64,000 nucleotides of DNA from NCBI GenBank assembly GCA_001767525.1, contig MELF01000045.1, positions 41,277-105,276 of the forward strand, in the 5' to 3' direction. This document shows, in pieces, positions 62,358-64,000 of the stretch. This DNA comes from Acidobacteria bacterium RIFCSPLOWO2_12_FULL_68_19 (GTDB taxonomy: Bacteria > Acidobacteriota > Vicinamibacteria > Vicinamibacterales > UBA2999). The notes beneath the pieces were generated by a model. That model was given only the letters and a program-made list of their open reading frames with translations. It was not told the DNA's origin and ran no database searches. The first letter of the stretch is position 1, and each line of letters starts with the position of its first letter. Both the position numbers and the translations under genes were made by a program.

Positions 62358-63928
62358 GACGCTGCTCCCTTCCCGATGGTCTCCATCCGTTCGACCGTTC
62401 GAACGAGCGCGGCGCGTCCGACCCGATCGACGCTGTCCGACGCGTCGATCCGCTCCCAGTCGAGCGGCGGCGTCGCGCGCGCGTGTTGCTGGTGAAGTAC
62501 CGCTGCGGTCGCATCGGAGGCGTCACCACGCCGCGCCGCCAGGCGCGCTTCCATGACGCCAAGCGGCGCCTCGAGCCAGAGACCGACGAAGGGGACGCCC
62601 TCGTCGGCAGCCGCCCGGCGGATCGACCTGCGCTGTGTCTCAGTGGGGAAGACCGCATCGACGATGGCGACGTACCCGGCGCGGGCGACCTCGCGGGCCG
62701 AGTGGACGAGCTCCTCGTAGACGGCGGCGCTCACGGGAGCGCGGTACGCGGTGTCCGGGAGGCGTTCGCTCGGCTCGACGCCGTAGCGGCGTTTTCGGAC
62801 CAGGTCGCTTCGCAGGACGACGGCGCCCGGCGCCAGCCCGATCTCCGGCGCCAGGCGGCGGGCGAGCGTCGACTTCCCGGACCCGGAGAGACCTCCAATG
62901 GCGACGATCGCGCCCGTGCCCGGCGCGATCAGCGCGAGCGCGCGATCCATGTACGCGGTCGCCTCGTGCTGCAGCGGCGCGACCCGTGCGGGCGTCTCGA
63001 CCGCCGCCGCGGCGGCAAGCGACACCTTGGCCCGGATGGCTGCCCGGCACGAGAGGAACAGCGGGAGGAGCGGCAGCGCCTCGTACTGCGGCAGCCGGTC
63101 GAGCCAGGCGTTGAGCGCCGCGTTGGCGTGCGCGGGCAGACGGCGGTGCAGCAGATCCATGACCAGGAACGCGAGGTCGTAGAGCACGTCGACGCACGAC
63201 AGCTCGTCGTTGAACTCGATGCAGTCGAAGAGCACCGGCCGGCCGCTCGCGAGGAAGGCGTTGCCGAGGTGCAGGTCGCCGTGGCACTCGCGAACCCAGC
63301 CGGTCTCCCGGCGCGCGTCGAGCAGATGGGCGCACCGCGTCAGCGCCTGCTGCGAAGCCTCGTGGAGACGCGCCCGGGCCGGCTGCGCGACCAGAGGGCC
63401 CGCGGCGGAGAGTTCTGCGTCGTTGCCTTCGACGACCCAGTGCATCCCGGCCGCCCCGCCGTGGTCGGGCCTCGGCGCTGCGGCGGCGTGGAGCGCCGCG
63501 GCGGCCGCACCAATCCCGGCTGCGGCGTCGACGGTGATCTCACCGCGACGTGCGACGGCGTCGAGGAGCCGGTCCTGGTCGAATCGGCGCATCTCGACCA
63601 GCCATTCGATCGGCGTGCCAGTGCCGCCGATGGCCAGTACGCCGGTGTCCGACCGCGTGACCGGCGTGACGCCAACGTAGATGTCCGGCGCCGTGCGGCG
63701 GTTGAGCCGGACCTCCTTGTCGCAGCACTCCTTCCGCGCCTCCAGCGTCGAGTAGTCCACGTACGGAAAGTGCACGTCTCGTTTCAGCTTCAACGCGCGA
63801 GCGCCCGCGAGGAAGACGACGCTGATATGGGTCTCGACGCGATCGACACGGCCGCAGTCGGAACCGTACGCGGCCGGCGTGGTCAGGAACGCGATCACGT
63901 CGTGCTGGGTGACGTGGGGAGCCGCCAT
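62354..63928 (-). CDS. bifunctional aminoglycoside-phosphotransferase-like / P-loop ATP-binding protein
   Basis: 524 aa. An APH-like kinase core (HGDLHLGNAF...FDCIEF) plus a C-terminal P-loop GGLSGSGKSTLA. The stop overlaps the HPF-like start (ATGA). Confidence 0.75.
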   Translation of the reverse strand: MAAPHVTQHDVIAFLTTPAAYGSDCGRVDRVETHISVVFLAGARALKLKRDVHFPYVDYSTLEARKECCDKEVRLNRRTAPDIYVGVTPVTRSDTGVLAIGGTGTPIEWLVEMRRFDQDRLLDAVARRGEITVDAAAGIGAAAAALHAAAAPRPDHGGAAGMHWVVEGNDAELSAAGPLVAQPARARLHEASQQALTRCAHLLDARRETGWVRECHGDLHLGNAFLASGRPVLFDCIEFNDELSCVDVLYDLAFLVMDLLHRRLPAHANAALNAWLDRLPQYEALPLLPLFLSCRAAIRAKVSLAAAAAVETPARVAPLQHEATAYMDRALALIAPGTGAIVAIGGLSGSGKSTLARRLAPEIGLAPGAVVLRSDLVRKRRYGVEPSERLPDTAYRAPVSAAVYEELVHSAREVARAGYVAIVDAVFPTETQRRSIRRAAADEGVPFVGLWLEAPLGVMEARLAARRGDASDATAAVLHQQHARATPPLDWERIDASDSVDRVGRAALVRTVERMETIGKGAAS

Positions 63929-64000
63929 CGCTCACCGCCCTCCCGTCACTGGTGCAATGCGCGATCCGGGGATCTCGGAATGCCGTTTGCTCGTCCAGGA

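Overview
The window is 64 kb of very GC-rich bacterial chromosome. G/C-dominated third codon positions produce many long shadow ORFs. CarboxypepD_reg-type TonB-dependent receptors and the general gene style suggest an Acidobacteriota-like soil bacterium, but this cannot be verified here. I support about 65 coding genes, at least six decayed gene remnants, three copies of a foldback MITE-like element, a family of heptad-phased repeat elements, and several short tandem arrays. I saw no rRNA, tRNA or CRISPR array.

Layout:
- 0-8.5 kb: leuD end, two TA-like nucleotidyltransferase modules, LysR and a short LeuA-family gene, mscS-htrA-hsp20, efp, tdk.
- 8.7-19 kb: three paralogous unassigned secreted proteins, a coupled membrane/secreted operon and a TonB-dependent receptor, interleaved with a pgsA-like gene and uvrC.
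- 19.5-33.5 kb: DHOD-like, PA2169-like and cytochrome c'-like genes; a YtxH/OM barrel/phosphoesterase operon; porin-CotH; a pyruvate-kinase-like gene; DUF4956.
- 33.6-64 kb: a stress island. It holds two FixL-type heme-PAS kinases with their regulators, TonB, DsrE-SQR, an orphan GroEL, a tandem USP, a decaying arcB/arcC-rocD cluster, GDH, an eroded P-type ATPase, UbiB, a CBS pair, Hsp20, and an APH/P-loop-HPF-FDH operon.

Most interesting candidates:
1. A tight OsmC-like / 478-aa orphan / TIM-barrel operon. The orphan shows a primase-polymerase (AEP)-like motif pattern.
2. The secreted-paralog, membrane and TBDR cluster.
3. An 84-bp heptad repeat element inserted in frame in uvrC.
4. A hypoxia/dormancy-like gene set with FixL-type sensors.
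5. MITE-associated gene decay.

All functional calls come from reading the translations by eye and from remembered family signatures. No searches were run.
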